From: Eledone cirrhosa
Lineage: Eukaryota
Assembly (NCBI GenBank): GCA_964016885.1
Contig: OZ024741.1
Span: 131,750,001-131,814,000, forward strand
DNA: 64,000 bases
Reading direction: 5' to 3'
The notes under the pieces were generated by a model. That model had not been told where the DNA came from. It worked only from the letters and a program-made list of their open reading frames with translations, and did not search any database. Every line of letters begins with the position of its first letter. The first letter of the stretch is position 1. The position numbers were made by a program, and so were the translations under genes. Below are positions 27,618-42,624 of this stretch, in pieces.

Positions 27618-29302
27618 AATGTATTAAGAAATAATAGTACATTTACATTTACATAAAATATCAACGCTTATGGAAGAACCTGGTTTCAAACTAAACTATA
27701 GACTACAGCAGCAAATACTGAGTAACGTAGTCTTAAATTCAGTGTCTTAATAAAATATGAGATTGTTAGAACTGGAATATCTTTGTTCATCGTTTGTTGG
27801 ATCAGGATTGATCTGAGACTAAACCTCAACTGTGCGGTTCCATGATGTATCTTAGGGATGAACCTGGCTTCTAACTAATCTATATAATCTGCAACATTAG
27901 AAGTAATCAATGAAAGCTAACGAAACACGTCAAATTAAGAATGTCGCCACTTCCTACAATAATTAGCAGTACTTTGTGTAATATCTATATAGGGCTAATT
28001 CAATTTAGTTGTAATTTCTGTATCTTCGCTATAGACACGAAATAATGCAGACATAGATATACATATTTTCAACTGTTTCATTTAATTCCGGGTGTACTAA
28101 CGTGGGGAGATGGAACTTGCATGGGTTACTGCTGTTTTCCGCACAATAAATATCAACATTGCTCTGGCTTGCACCTCGGAAAAGAACTTCCCAGGGCAAT
28201 TACATGGTCAGACATAACCAAAGGGAATGTCTATCCTACATATACAGGGATTACCACCATATTAAATCAACTTTTATTAACATTGTTGCATTCAGAGTTC
28301 AAATCTTACTTGGATTGACTTATCATTTAGGAGAATAGGTTATGACACCATGGAAGATATTGGATTTTTTCAGAAGGCTAATAATTTGTTTTTCACGACA
28401 TTGCATTCTTTTTTTTTATGGTTTTTTTTCTATTATGTGCTTATTTTTCTTATTTTCATTCTTTCATTCTTTCTTTCTTACTTTATTTCTTTCAGTTTTT
28501 TTTTATTTTCTTCCACGCTTTTTATTTCGTTTGGTTTTACTTTCCTTGAGTTTGTTTAGCTCCTACTGTTTTGTTTCTTTCTTTCTTCCATTTCGTTTTC
28601 TTTCTTTATTTCCATGATGTGTTCTTGCAACTGTCATTCTGGAGTTAATATGTACAAAAACACTTCAGTTACGTCACCATCCTCAAACATTTTCTCCCTA
28701 CCATCTACACCCTAACACCCTCACCCTACCCTTTATACCCGCCCTTCAACAAATTTAGTTGTCTACTAAAATACTTTCACCCTTTGCTCAACCACCAACT
28801 GTGTCAATATATACAACGCCCACATCAACAAGAATAATACGCAGGAGTCTCTTAAGTGGTCATACGAAATGAAAGAAATAGCTCCCAAACCTCTTCAAAT
28901 CATGCTTTACTATCTTAAGAATTAAAGACCACATTAGATAATGCAGTTTTAGTTATCTTTAAAGAGACGGGATGGTCACGGCTGGAATACCATTGATCAC
29001 CCTTCAGCTGCTGCTGCTTAATCTGGTATAACATTGAGATAAATAGAAGCAAGAACCATAACAACAACCACCAACATCACCACCACAATATATATGGCTA
29101 ATCTACCGCCACTACAAATGCACTCCGAATACTAAAACACCCCATTGTACAACTACCAAATACTCCATCTACACAGTACCACTACTACTGCCAGCTCGTC
29201 ATCATCAATCATCAAAATCAGCATCACAACCACTATCAACACTACCAACGCCACCAATAATACTGCATTACTTATCCCCACAATGTTTATAACAAACTTA
29301 AG

Positions 29303-29520
29303 GGTGGTAGATTGGCAGAATCGGTAGGGCGTCGGATAACATTCAAGTGCAGTATTTGATACGGTTCTTAATATTCTGAGCTCAAATTCCTCCGGTATCA
29401 ACGTTGCATTTCAACCTTCCTGGTTCGATAAAATAAAGTACTAGTCAATTACTGGGGTTGATTTAATCAACTTTGCCTTTTCCCCAATTTTGCTGACTTT
29501 CTGCCTATGTTAGAAATCAG
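29303..29520 (+). mobile_element. SINE family A, diverged
   Basis: ttggcagaatcggtag, degenerate B box, tcgataaaataaagtac core. Confidence 0.7.
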
Positions 29521-30050
29521 TATTTCTCACAAAACAACAAAAATACCCACAAAACCCTAGATAGTCACCACCCTTATATTTTGACAGTAATATTCCATAT
29601 AACAGTTGTTTATACACTCCATGATCCACCCTGCAACGCTTTATATCTATCCACCCAGGTGTCATGTTTCTATTTACATATAGCGAAACAAAAAGAAAAT
29701 AAACAACTCCCGTTTTTTTAACTTGTGTTGCTTTCTCTAGCCTATATATTGACACGGATAAAAGAGAGAGTGTCTTTTGTAATTGACCCTAACATCGTTG
29801 GATTGTTACACAAGAATTGATAGCATTCTCATTCCCTATAGTACACATGTCTGTACACAAGTACAAGTATACTATAGAGAAATGATTCCTCTCACACGAA
29901 AGCATGAGTGACAGATAAACCTACATATACAGAAATTCATTTACATATTTACAAATTCCCGAGTTAAGACATTAACACAAACAAAAATATTTTATCTCTT
30001 TGTTTGTGGTCGTCTTACTTTTTAACACGAAAAACAAACACACACACACA

Positions 30051-30166
<116 letters not shown>

Positions 30167-30199
30167 CGGAAACAACAAAGCAAATCACTCAGTACGACT

Positions 30200-30315
30200 A
30201 AGAAATATATTAGTTTAATGCTTGATATAATAGGAAAAGAGTCTTTAGGTTTCGGGCACTAGTCCTTCATCAGAAGTAAAAGAGGAAATAGAAAGATAGA
30301 GAATGAGAAGAGGAA
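30200..30315 (-). mobile_element. Hammerhead-bearing pLTR-like fragment (same family as 1908-2300)
   Basis: CTGATGAAGGACTAGTGCCCGAAAC on the minus strand at 30249-30273. Confidence 0.75.
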
Positions 30316-30543
30316 GTGGCAGAACAAAACTTTGGGGGAGAAAAGCCATTTTGGGGATGAAGTATGATATAACGAAGTTTCGGTTTAAAATATTTAATTG
30401 TGCATCGACCGCTAGATATGTTACACAGATGATTAACTCAAGACCTTCATTAATGAGATATACATGGGTCTAGTTTCGACCTGATTTCCTTCGAATGAAA
30501 CATTTCTAGACCTGTAGAAGGTATTTCTTATATTAAATCTATT

Positions 30544-30623
<80 letters not shown>

Positions 30624-30959
30624 GTGTGTATGGGGGCGGGGGTATACATATTAAAACTCTCATATATACATACTAATAAGCACATGAACTCACTCAACCA
30701 TGCACAAATTGATAACACTCATACATAAACATGCAGATATAAACAAACAGCAAAACACCGACACACAGAAAGGAAAAATAAAATGAACGACATGCACCCC
30801 CATCTGCTCACACATAACATCACCAATGAGAGTCACGAAATATCTGCCACGTTCCCCACCACCTAACGCCGCATTATAGATATATAAATAGAAATCAATC
30901 ACAAAGAAAACTAATAATTTCCAATCATTATTAAAAGGATCGTGTCCAATCATTATTAA

Positions 30960-31152
30960 AAGCGGTGGATTGGCAGTATCGGTAGAGGGTTGGACGCTAT
31001 GCTTTGATGCATAGAGTTACGGCCCTTTCCATTCTGAGTTCAAATCCCGCCAAGGTTAACTTTGCCTTTCATCCTTACGGGGTCGATAAAATAAAATACC
31101 AGTAATGCACTGGGATAATTGCTGGCATTGTGCCAAAATTAGAAACAATTAT
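30960..31152 (+). mobile_element. SINE family A, full length
   Basis: A/B boxes and core. attattaaaag is repeated at both ends. Confidence 0.9.
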
Positions 31153-31255
31153 TAAAAGGATCACGGCCAGGCTGAAATCGTTTGGTGATGGTGGTGATCA
31201 TAGTGCTGATGATGTTGGTAGTGAGGATGGAATGACAGACACACACACACATAAC

Positions 31256-31300
<45 letters not shown>

Positions 31301-31305
<5 letters not shown>

Positions 31306-31493
31306 AAAATGTGTAACCCCGACGGCAGAGCTCAAGCCGTTTCGACGGCTATTTCTGGACTAGAAATAGCCGTCAAAACGGCTTGAGCTCTGCCGTCGGG
31401 GTTAAACATTTTCCTATTACCCACTCTACTACCCTAAGTATTGAGTACTCTGGTGTGTTATGGTCCATCTGGTTCCTTACCACACTTCCTTCG

Positions 31494-31496
<3 letters not shown>
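31301..31496 (+). mobile_element. Fold-back mini-element in (TA)n (copy 1)
   Basis: ~56-bp arms (31301-31356 / 31362-31417) plus an ~80-bp unique tail. Confidence 0.9.
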
Positions 31497-31546
<50 letters not shown>

Positions 31547-31714
31547 ATATTGTAAAAACGAGGAAGTTCAGTTTACATATAAAAAATATTTATTGTGTAT
31601 CGACACACTCTGCCTGTGCAAAGAGTGCTTAATGTGGTACCAACAACAGTAATTCACTGTACGAACTACACTAAGGAGCAGGAAGAAACGAAATATCAAT
31701 ATAACATCATCATG

Positions 31715-31840
31715 TTTATTCACACGTGAGGCGCGTTTCGGTCAGCTGAAGGTACGATCGGTGGTAATCGCGCCCGGCTCTGGAATTCATAGCTCACCAA
31801 ACTTGCTGATTCAAGTACCTTGAGCTGATAGATCATGAAA
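31715..31840 (-). mobile_element. Degenerate hammerhead-like pLTR fragment (related to 37925-37975)
   Basis: Minus strand: stem tcagctcaaggtac/gtaccttcagctga, then GAAAC-GCGC-CTC and AATAAA. Confidence 0.5.
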
Positions 31841-32433
31841 TAGTCATGACCAGTGAATAAACATAATCGTATACATATTGATACTTCGGTTCTTCTTCGT
31901 TTTAAGGATACTGACTATGTATGTATGTATGTATGTATGTATGTATGTATGTATGTATGTATGTATGTATGTATATATGTATGTGTGTGTGTGGTGCGTG
32001 TGTGTGTGTGTGCGTGCGCGCGTGTGTGTGTGTGTACTTAGAGATATTTTATGAAATAAGAGATTTACGCAGTCAGGGAGATATTTAATATAGAGAAGAA
32101 GAATCTATAAATTGAGAGAAAGTTATTAGTGTCCATTTATTGCAGCGGAGAATGTATATAGTTATGGAGGGTGGACTTATATAATGCGAGAGATTATATA
32201 GTATGGGAGAATGCCTTTAAAAGAAAGAACGTTCTAATACATATATACTCATCTCTCTACCTGATCAATTAATTCCACAGGCTTAATATCCACGATTATG
32301 AGTAATATAATATTATAGGGAAGTGGATGTGGGAGGATGTCTTTATACATTATGATCTGTTTCATACAGCAGCCATATTGCCCACTTTAACTTCAGATTC
32401 CCTAGCCACATTAATTGTTTCTACTTTTGAATA

Positions 32434-32712
32434 ATAATTGTTTCTACTTTAGGCACAAGGCCAGCAATTAGCCAGTACATTACTGGTACTTTATTTTATC
32501 GACCCCGTAAGGATGAAAGGCAAAGTTAACCTCGGCGGGATTTGAACTCAGACAATGGTTTCCGATTTAGGTACAAGGCCAACAATTTTAGGGGAAGGGA
32601 AAGTCGATTAAATTGACCCAAGTGCATTACTGGTACTTCATTTTATTGACCCCGTAAGAAGGAAAGGCAAAGTTAACCTCGGCGCGATTTGAACTCAGAA
32701 CGTAAATGGACG
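32434..32712 (-). mobile_element. Two tandem truncated SINE family A copies
   Basis: Core and B box occur twice (32434-32551, 32555-32712). Confidence 0.88.
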
Positions 32713-33032
32713 TTAGTAATAGTCATTATCGATAACACTCATCCATTCTCCCATCAAAATCAGCACCATCGACACCACCACACCCAACCTCATCACCATC
32801 ATGATCATCACCAGCACCACCAGCATCACCACAAGCACCATTAACAGTACTGCTTCCACATTCAGGTAGTACATACAAAAGATATATTCACCATTTGATC
32901 ACTTATTCATTACAGCACACTAATAGTCACAGCCAACAGTCACGAAGTCAATCTACTTCCCATATCATTATCTAGTATCGCTTTAACATCACATGACTTC
33001 TTGTCATGTCACACGAATCTTTATACACACAG

Positions 33033-33135
<103 letters not shown>

Positions 33136-33806
33136 AGTTACATAATCGCATTTATTGGATTATATATATATATGTATATGTGTGTGTTTTACGGATCTCC
33201 GTCGTTTCAGCCGATGATTGCTCTAGTTGATTCAAGCTACGGAAATACGTGCTCATGTAATTAAAGTTTAAGTAGCTGAGTTTTCTACACACACGTGCAC
33301 CCTTAATATAGTTCGCAAGGGTATTCAGTGTGATGCAATGTGTGGCATGGCGGGGGCTTTCAATTGTATTTACAACATATTTTGGGAAGTTTAGTGGACC
33401 GGAGCAATGTCAAGGAGACCACAAGCCGCTCGGTCTGGGATCGAACTCACGAAGTATGATCTGGGTTGAGACCCAAACCACTTAGCCACGCACTTATATA
33501 TATTTTGTTTTTAATTTGGTTTATAACGGTTTTTTCTTGTAATGCTCTGGATAGGTGGGTCCGTTGAATGCTAGGCCCATGTTTGGTCATTCTATATGGT
33601 TGTCTGTGTTTCTGCTGGTTCGTCCACAGATTTGATGTGATTTTTGTTGAGTTAACACTGGTCTGGGGATCAGACAGACTTGGAGTCTGGTCTGGGGGTG
33701 CCATCCCTGGTCACGAGCCAGCTGCTTGGGAAACATTTGTAACTGGGTTAAGCAATAAAGCTCATATGTAACACCTCTACTTTGTTCTTATTAAATATAT
33801 ATGTAG

Positions 33807-34003
33807 GGGCGGTGAATTGGCAATATCGGTAAAGGGTCGGACGCCATGCTTTGACGCATTGCCTTTCTGACGCAAGCCCTTGCCTTTCTGAGTTCAAATC
33901 CCGCCGAGGTTAACTTTGCCTTTCATCCATACGGGGTCGATAAAATAAAGTACCAGTAATACACTGGGTAATTGGTGGTCTTGTGCCTAAAGTAGAAACA
34001 ATT
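33807..34003 (+). mobile_element. SINE family A, full length
   Basis: A/B boxes, core and tail. Confidence 0.9.
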
Positions 34004-34361
34004 ATATATATATGTGTGTGTGTGTGTGTGTGCACGTATGTATGTACATGTATGCATATATATATGTATATATATAGAGAGAGAGAGGGAGGGGGAGAAA
34101 GATAGATAGATATGTGTGTATGTGTGTGTGTATCTATGTATAGTGATAGCTTTATATTTATATATGAAGATGTTGTAAGTTATAGCCTCGTTTCTCACGA
34201 TGACTATTACCTATGACAAAACGCGGTAAGAGGATGCCACTCTCGACATCTCATTAAGAAGATGAGAGGAAGATAAGCTCCAGTTCATAATTGACATAGC
34301 AACGTTATTATTCCAAACTTAACGTAAAATAATAATAAGGCAACACGAACAGATGATGATA

Positions 34362-34441
<80 letters not shown>

Positions 34442-34444
<3 letters not shown>

Positions 34445-34695
34445 ATACTTGGGGAGGGTCATATTTGTGTAATAATATTGCCAGAATTAATAACAGAACA
34501 CACTCACTGTTTGGTTGGTTTTCGCTTTTCGCTTCTGTGTCTTTTATATCGGTTAATTTAATTTAATTTATTCGGTCCTCAATGTTGCCATTGACTGATC
34601 AACGGTCAAACACATTACACAAATATGACCCTCCCCAAGTATAACAATATTTGTTTCGACACACGATTTCATATCAAAAACCTCGCAAAACTAAT
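34442..34695. mobile_element. Short member of the 20.3 kb family with a terminal inversion
   Basis: 34442-34473 is inverted at 34614-34645. Flanked by (GA)n and (TA)n. Confidence 0.8.
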
Positions 34696-34799
34696 ATATA
34701 TATATATAGTAATAATAATAAATGTGAAGACTAAAATTCAAAAAGGGCTCGATAAGGATACATAAATATCAAATATATAACAACCCTAAAGCAAATATT

Positions 34800-34900
34800 T
34801 ACTAAAATAACAGATTAAAGTTTAAGCAAAGTTTCAGATCCCGTTAAGGGTGAAAGCAGCGATTCTTTACTTAAACTTTAATCTGTTATTTTAATAAATA
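34800..34900 (+). mobile_element. Tiny fold-back element (relative at 16005-16078, minus strand)
   Basis: aaaataacagattaaagtttaag is inverted 40 bp later. Its cgttaagggtgaaagcagcgattc segment matches 16029-16054(-) with one mismatch. Confidence 0.7.
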
Positions 34901-36017
34901 TATATATATATATGCATATATTCATATATGTAAAATATGCATATATATGTATTGTGTGTGTGTGGGGGGCGGTGTATTTCTATGTATAAAAATGAATGAA
35001 TGAAATAATAATCTACAGTATTGTTTTACGATCGTTTCGACTTTCTGAAAATTAAGCACTATTCCCCTGGCCTCTCCAGAGAAAAAAAAATAGAATTTTC
35101 AATCATATAAATACCGTAAATAAACAGATAATCGAATAAATAGATGAATAAGTACAGTAGTATAATTTATTTCAAACTCAGAAAATTAACCCTGCTTCTA
35201 TGTGCGTGTGTTAGAAACTAAAGACAACAAGCTAGGGAGATATATCCAATTTCATCAGTTAGTTTAAATTTTTAGAAAATAAAAACAATTTTCGAAGCAC
35301 ATCTTGTCTTTTAAGCCGGCGGTGAGAGCAACGACTATATACATATATCGACGTACACATACACACATTCACTCACGAACACACTCATATATGTATATAT
35401 ATATATTTTTTTACTATATATATAAATAAATATGTGTATGTGTATGCGTGTGTGAGGCATGTGTAATGTGCATGTATGTGTGCGTGCATGTGTACTTGTA
35501 CATATATATTAGATATATGTTTAAACTTTTAGGTTTTCATTTCAATTTTTCAGTTAACAACGTTTTAATCTTCAGTACAAATGCACAGACGGATGCACGC
35601 ATGCACATACGCATACAGACCCCCCCCACACACACACACACACGCGCACATACATGCACGCGTAAGCTCGCACAAACACACGCACACTTCACACACAATC
35701 ATATGTGTATATATACACATATATATATATATCTACATATATATATGTCTGTGTGGGTGTGTGAGTGAAGATAAGTGTATACATATATTTATGCGTGTGA
35801 ATGCATATCCAATATATATATATGTATGCGTGTGTGTGTATAAGTATATAAAAAATTGAATGTTTTTATATGTGCGTGTGTGAATGGATATGCCGACAAA
35901 CATTTATATATATATATATTCTGTGTGTGTGTGTACGTGTATAAGTTTATATAAACAAATGTGTGTATGTGTGTATGTGTGTGTATGCATATATCAACAA
36001 ACATTTATATATATATA

Positions 36018-36209
36018 TAACGAAGGACTTGTGATAAAGAACCAGATGGACCATAACGCACCAGAGTACTCAATACTTAGGTTAGTAGAGTGGGTAATAG
36101 GAAAAAGTATGACTCCGACGGCAGAGCACAAGCCGTTTCGACGGCTATTTCTGGACCCAGAAATACCCGTCGAAACGGCTTGAGCTCTGCCGTCGGGGTC
36201 ATATTTTTT

Positions 36210-36214
<5 letters not shown>
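36018..36214 (-). mobile_element. Fold-back mini-element in (TA)n (copy 2)
   Basis: Arms 36097-36151 / 36158-36214. Tail homologous to copy 1. Confidence 0.9.
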
Positions 36215-36270
<56 letters not shown>

Positions 36271-36582
36271 AAATAAACATATGGGTATGTGTGTATGTGT
36301 GTGAGTATGTTGTGAGTATGCATATATCCTAACATTTATCGGCTTCTAAATATAAGTGCATATGGCATATATATGACATATATAATAACTTTGGAGATTG
36401 GTTTAGAAAATTCGATTTTGAAAAGAGGAATGGTTTTTTTCCTTAATGTGGCTGACAATTTTGATAATCTCTTAGGAACGAACAATTGACAGTTTCTCAC
36501 AACTGTTTAATTGTGGAGAAAGAGAAAAATCAATAATTCCATTTTCAATCTCTGCCTCACTCACACTGGCTCCCTCCTCATG

Positions 36583-36768
36583 CATACACACACATACACA
36601 CAAGCACACACACACACACATACACACACACACACATACACACAAGCACACACACACACACACATACACACAAGCACACACACGTACACACAAGCACACA
36701 TACACACACATACACACAAGCACACACACACATACACACAAGCACACACACACACATACACACACACA
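36583..36768. repeat. CA-derived higher-order minisatellite (cacacatacacacaagcacaca...)
   Basis: The caagca interruption recurs at ~20-45 bp spacing. Confidence 0.75.
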
Positions 36769-36916
36769 CTCTCTCTCTCATTCTATCTCTCTCTCTCTCT
36801 CTCTTACGGCGTCTGTCTGTTTCTCTGCCTGTCTGTCACACTCGTTCTGTATCTGTATCTCTCTCTCCCTCTCTCTCTCGCTCTCTCTTTCTTTCTCTCT
36901 ATCTCTCTCTCTCTCT

Positions 36917-36977
<61 letters not shown>

Positions 36978-37009
36978 TATATAGGTATATATACATATAT
37001 GTATGTATG

Positions 37010-37051
<42 letters not shown>

Positions 37052-37081
37052 CGTGTATATATATACGTATATGTATGTATG

Positions 37082-37133
<52 letters not shown>

Positions 37134-37438
37134 CGTGTATATATATACATATATGTATGTATGTACGTATATATATATATATACATATATGTATGTTTGT
37201 ACGTATATCTATATGTGTGTGTATATATCTGTGTATGTACGCGCGTGTGTGTCTCTGAATGTCTTCAGCTTTAACAGTATCTCTCGCAGTGTCTCTTTAA
37301 ATATTTCCCTCTTTGCTTCTGTCCTTGTCTTTCTGATTCTTTCTGTGTACACACACACACACTTATACCTACACCGATATTCATACGTATCTATATTAAT
37401 ATATCCACAAACACACACACTTACATGCACTAACACAT

Positions 37439-37484
<46 letters not shown>

Positions 37485-37491
37485 TCATGTG

Positions 37492-37552
<61 letters not shown>

Positions 37553-37555
<3 letters not shown>

Positions 37556-37844
37556 AAGCTTGAAACTAGTACAGCGTTCCTTTGTCAGAGTTGAACAAAC
37601 GAGCAACGATGGTTGCTAGACACTACGGCTTAATGCGGGATGTTTGTTTACAAACACACCGAGCATTATAAAAGATGTTCGGTGAATCCATACGTACATA
37701 TATATATGTGTGCATGTATGTATATATATATACATACTACAGTACGTCCCGTATACATATATGTATGTACGTGTACGTACTTATATTTAAGTAACAGCCG
37801 TACTAAGAGTGGGAAATGAAATTTCGTTTCATTTTTTCCGTTAA

Positions 37845-37845
<1 letters not shown>
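37553..37845 (+). mobile_element. Truncated copy of the 63.4-64.0 kb hammerhead element (opposite orientation)
   Basis: aagcttgaaactagtaca.cgttcct and ccgtactaagagtg.gaaatgaaatttcgttt are reverse complements of 63545-63700 and 63850-63955. Confidence 0.75.
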
Positions 37846-37887
<42 letters not shown>

Positions 37888-37924
37888 AAAGGATAACAAG
37901 GACGATTGGTTACTCCTTCATTAC

Positions 37925-37975
37925 ATTTATTGGTAGGTGACGCGCGTTTCGCCACTGATCAGCTCAAGGTTCGAT
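37925..37975 (-). ncRNA. 3' half of a minimal hammerhead (GAAAC-GCGC-GUC) plus AATAAA
   Basis: Minus strand ctgatcagtggcgaaacgcgcgtcacctaccaataaa. No intact CUGANGA plus stem II. Confidence 0.5.
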
Positions 37976-38437
37976 CTGTATCGATCTTACCTGACTCTAT
38001 AATCGGCAGCTCGACGGACCCTTTAAAATGCTAGTAGAAAATGAATACATGCTATATGGTAAAGTCAGAAGTTCATATGTTGGTCAATATGAATTGTTTT
38101 GATTGGTGGAATAGATCATATGGATGTTTTGGCCTGTAGTGTATGTGGGGGTGGATGTGATGATAAGATGGTGGTGACGGTCGCTGGCTGGGTTGGGCTG
38201 TGGATTGGGGGTGGTGGATTGTCGGTAGACAGATTGGCGTATAATTGTGCCTGATTATTGTGTGTGGTGTGGGTGTGGTGTTGTTGTTTATGGTAATGGT
38301 GTTTATACTGGTGTGGTGGTGTGTTGGTGGTGGTGTCAAATCCATGGGGAGATACATACCTAGACACTCTTAGTCTGACAAAAACGTTGTAAACTTACAC
38401 ATGCGTGTATATATATATATATGTATGTATGTATATG

Positions 38438-38524
<87 letters not shown>

Positions 38525-38543
38525 GTATATATATATATCTATA

Positions 38544-38684
<141 letters not shown>

Positions 38685-38687
38685 GTA

Positions 38688-38774
<87 letters not shown>

Positions 38775-39349
38775 GTATATATAGATATAGATATATACGT
38801 GTGTAGGGGGATATGAGTCACTCTCTATGTCTTTATATCTATGTAACCTCCCCCTTTCTCTCCCACACGCTCTATATACATCTGCAATTCTTTCCCCCTC
38901 TATTACTCTATCTCCTGCACCTATCCCCCCCCCCCTCACTTGATCATTTCACTACACACGCATACATACTACTACACAAATATATATACCCACATAGCCG
39001 TGTAATATAACACCACAATGTCTACTGCAAGAATTGGTTCTGGTAATATTGCAAGTGAGACAAATAGAGGATTCTGTAGGAAATATATATATTTCAAGTG
39101 GGCTGTCTTTACCTTTGCCTCGTTGCCATGATAACATAAAAGGTGTTTTCAGGGGATCTAATATTTATTTTATTTCTTTCATCCTGTCACTATGGCCAGA
39201 GCGCCATTATTAAATTGGTATCTATATGTATCTGTGTATTTGTATGCATGTGTGCGCACACTCACGCATGCATACTTAGATACTCTTAACCGTACACACA
39301 CACACACACATATATACATTCATATATTCATGAGTGTGTGAGTGTGTGT

Positions 39350-39378
<29 letters not shown>

Positions 39379-39380
<2 letters not shown>

Positions 39381-39583
39381 GGAACGAGTAAGACCCCGAC
39401 GGCTGAGCTCAAGCCGTTTCGATGGCTAATTCTGGACTAAATTAGCCGTCCAGAATTAGCCGTCGAAACGGCTTGAGGTCAGCCGTCGGGGTCTTACTCG
39501 TTCATATTACCCACTCTACTACCCTAAGTATTGAGTACTTTGGTGCGTTATGGTCCACCTAGTTCCTTACCACATTTCCTTCG

Positions 39584-39586
<3 letters not shown>
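39379..39586 (+). mobile_element. Fold-back mini-element in (TA)n (copy 3)
   Basis: Arms plus tail homologous to copies 1 and 2, with a duplicated aattagccgtc in the loop. Confidence 0.9.
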
Positions 39587-39667
<81 letters not shown>

Positions 39668-39716
39668 GTGTGTGTGTATACATTTATATATACATATTAC
39701 ACACACACATATATAT

Positions 39717-39764
<48 letters not shown>

Positions 39765-39859
39765 ATGTATGTGTGTGTCTGTGTGTGTGTGTATACATTT
39801 ATATATACATATTACACACACATATATATACACACATATATATATATATATGCATTCAC

Positions 39860-39920
<61 letters not shown>

Positions 39921-41042
39921 TCTTTCCATTATACTGCTGCTGTGCAACGGTAGACAACTATTCAAACTTTCGGCTATGTAGCTATGCCACTACTCGAAAT
40001 TATTTTAATAAATTTGCATAGAACTGCATAGATTTCAAATAATAATACCTTTATCATCTTTCCAGTCTTGAGAATGGTTTTGTTCAGATATCATTTTCTC
40101 CGTTTTTATTATTGTTATCATTCTATATCACGCAATATTTCATGCTAACTTTCTGTTTTCCTCACTCGGTTTCACCTCTACCTCCTGTCTATATACACGT
40201 GTATATATCTGTATATATATGTGTATGTTTCTTTGTATATTTTGATGCACATACACACATTTATCTCTCTTTCTTTCTCTCTCTGCATGCATATATATAT
40301 ACATATATAGTCAAGGGTTGTGGTAAAATCATTGGTGCAAAAGTGATGATGTTGAATATTTCATTTATTACCGATTCTAACACTTGTTCCGATGCAATAT
40401 AAAATCTTAGGCCTATGAAATCTGAATTGTTATGCAATTGATTCATTCATACTACCAGGAAATATCGTAATCGCATATCTTCAAAGAAAATATAATTATT
40501 ATTATTTGTGTGGGCGAGATAGTAGATATATACATATATATGAGTGTCAACGCTTGGCTGTCTCTGTAGCAATTGACCAATCGGTGGTTTAGGGTCTGTG
40601 GGATGGCTTGGGTGTAGGCAGCCATCCACTCATTGTGGTGAAACCATTCTATGTACATACATTAATGATGCGACTCGATTTCGAGTAATGCCATCACTTG
40701 ATACTTAAGCATGGGCATCACAGACATGGCTTTTTGGTCCTGCTAGGGACTTACCTACGGCTAACAATACCATGCATCGCATAAAGTGTTACATATCAAA
40801 CGATGCCTGGGCTTGAAGCTTGTTTAAGTGGGGCCAATTCCATTCTCTGAGCATCGAATGCATTTTCCCCAAAAGATGAACTGGTCTACATTATTGGATG
40901 CAAACGAAGTCGAAGGTTTTATATCAGAGTGACCTTCTCCTAGAGAGATGTCTTAATGAAGACTAGGAATCTCTCGCTTCACAAAAAAAATAAAAAATAC
41001 ATACATGCATACATACATACATACATGCATACATACATACAT

Positions 41043-41650
41043 GGTGGCTGCCAACTCGTTTTCGAGTACGGCCACTACTTTATATCCATGTAGGAGAACC
41101 CCTACCAATGCGCTGAACGAGTGTGACTTTTTAGTCCAGCCAGCGACTTGAAAACTCTGGTACAAACACTACACCTGTGACAATTATTGACACATAGTGC
41201 TGGGCCCATGGTACCATGTGACGACAAGTGCAGAGAGATCTCCAGATATAAATCAATGCCTGTGCCGTGAAGCTTTTATAGTGAGCAAAGGCACTGCACA
41301 AAGCCAGTCCCACTCTCTTAACCAAGATAATATTTACCAAAAAGAAGAACAAGTCAACATCATTGGATACCATCAGGGTTGCAGGTGTTATATCAGAGTT
41401 TTCCTTCTCCTAGAATTCTGCCTTGACAAAGGCTAAGGGGTCATCTCTCCCAGTGATTTTGGATGGCCATTGACTCTAAAGAGCTCCTTTGCCCTTTGAC
41501 AGGTTTTGTTTTTAGTCCTGCAGGATGTCCAAAGTCACCCTCCTCACCAAGAAACCTTGGTGGGGTTGCCAGTTTAGTCGCCAACGACCCGACCATGGGA
41601 CAGGTTGTACTGGGATACATGTTACCAGTAGCACCAACTGGTGACCTGAC
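41043..41650 (-). mobile_element. RTE-derived bipartite SINE (family C), longest copy
   Basis: 5' part has the RTE 5'UTR-like motif ctaggagaaggaaaactctga. 3' part carries an RTE-like zinc-finger end and a ctcg-aaaa-cgag stem-loop. (ATGT)n lies on both sides. Confidence 0.85.
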
Positions 41651-41703
41651 ATACATACATACATACATACATACATACATACATACATACATACATACAT
41701 ACA

Positions 41704-41734
<31 letters not shown>

Positions 41735-42624
41735 GTGTGTGCATGAAGAAAATATCCATAAGTGTAAAAAAAAAAGAAAACAGTGCTCAATCGTGAAGAG
41801 GGCCGATATATTATAATATTTATTCATGTTCATACACGGAATAAAGTCAACTCCTTGCTGAGTGGAAATACTCAACAAATTCAACTGATTTCGAACCAGT
41901 TTAATTTGATTTATATACTTTCTTATTATCTTTTTTTCTCTTTTTCCACACTTACATAATACAATACACCTTCCATACTACTTTACTCCATACCTTAATG
42001 AATATTACCATCTCCATATCACATACCGCCACGTAATACCATACATCAGCTATAGTTTCCGAATACTAATAATGTTGAAAACTTTCGGTTTCAAGCATTC
42101 GTTTTAGATTTTCGCATTCTTCTTTCGCCTGTTTTGAGGGACCTGTAGAAAACTAAGAATGATGCCCTTTCCTCTTGACAAAGTCGTGAAATGTAAGGAA
42201 AGACAAACAAACACACACGCACGAACTCTCAAACACGCTCCAGCGCAACGAAACACAAAATAGCTTAACGGATTTTATATATGGATTTACAGCTTTGTAG
42301 GCTCGTAAATTCAAATCAACATCGAGACTAAAATTAACCATACTCATTGTTTAGTAAGAATTTAGTGTAAAGGTCTTATATAACGGTACTGTTGTATATC
42401 GTGGAAAGAATCCTTAATATTTGTATTTTTGTGTTTGTTGTTGTACGTGCTATTGTATTTAACCCATGATAGATTGGTGTCTTATTTCCAGGCAAATAGT
42501 TATTCAACGTCTATTTAATTTTATAGGTTCTAAACTGAGTATAATTTTACACAAACTTTGCTTTTAGTTGAAAGCTAGTGTAAGGCATACTTTTATATAT
42601 ACACTCATATTTTTGTACTGTTGA

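Noticed and set aside
31301-31417. Hairpins as miRNA precursors or terminators
   Set aside because: They are multi-copy, TA-flanked and carry a shared tail, so a mobile element explains them better.
40310-40460. Mariner-like TIR (ttggtgcaaaagt)
   Set aside because: Single short match with no partner TIR or transposase remnant.
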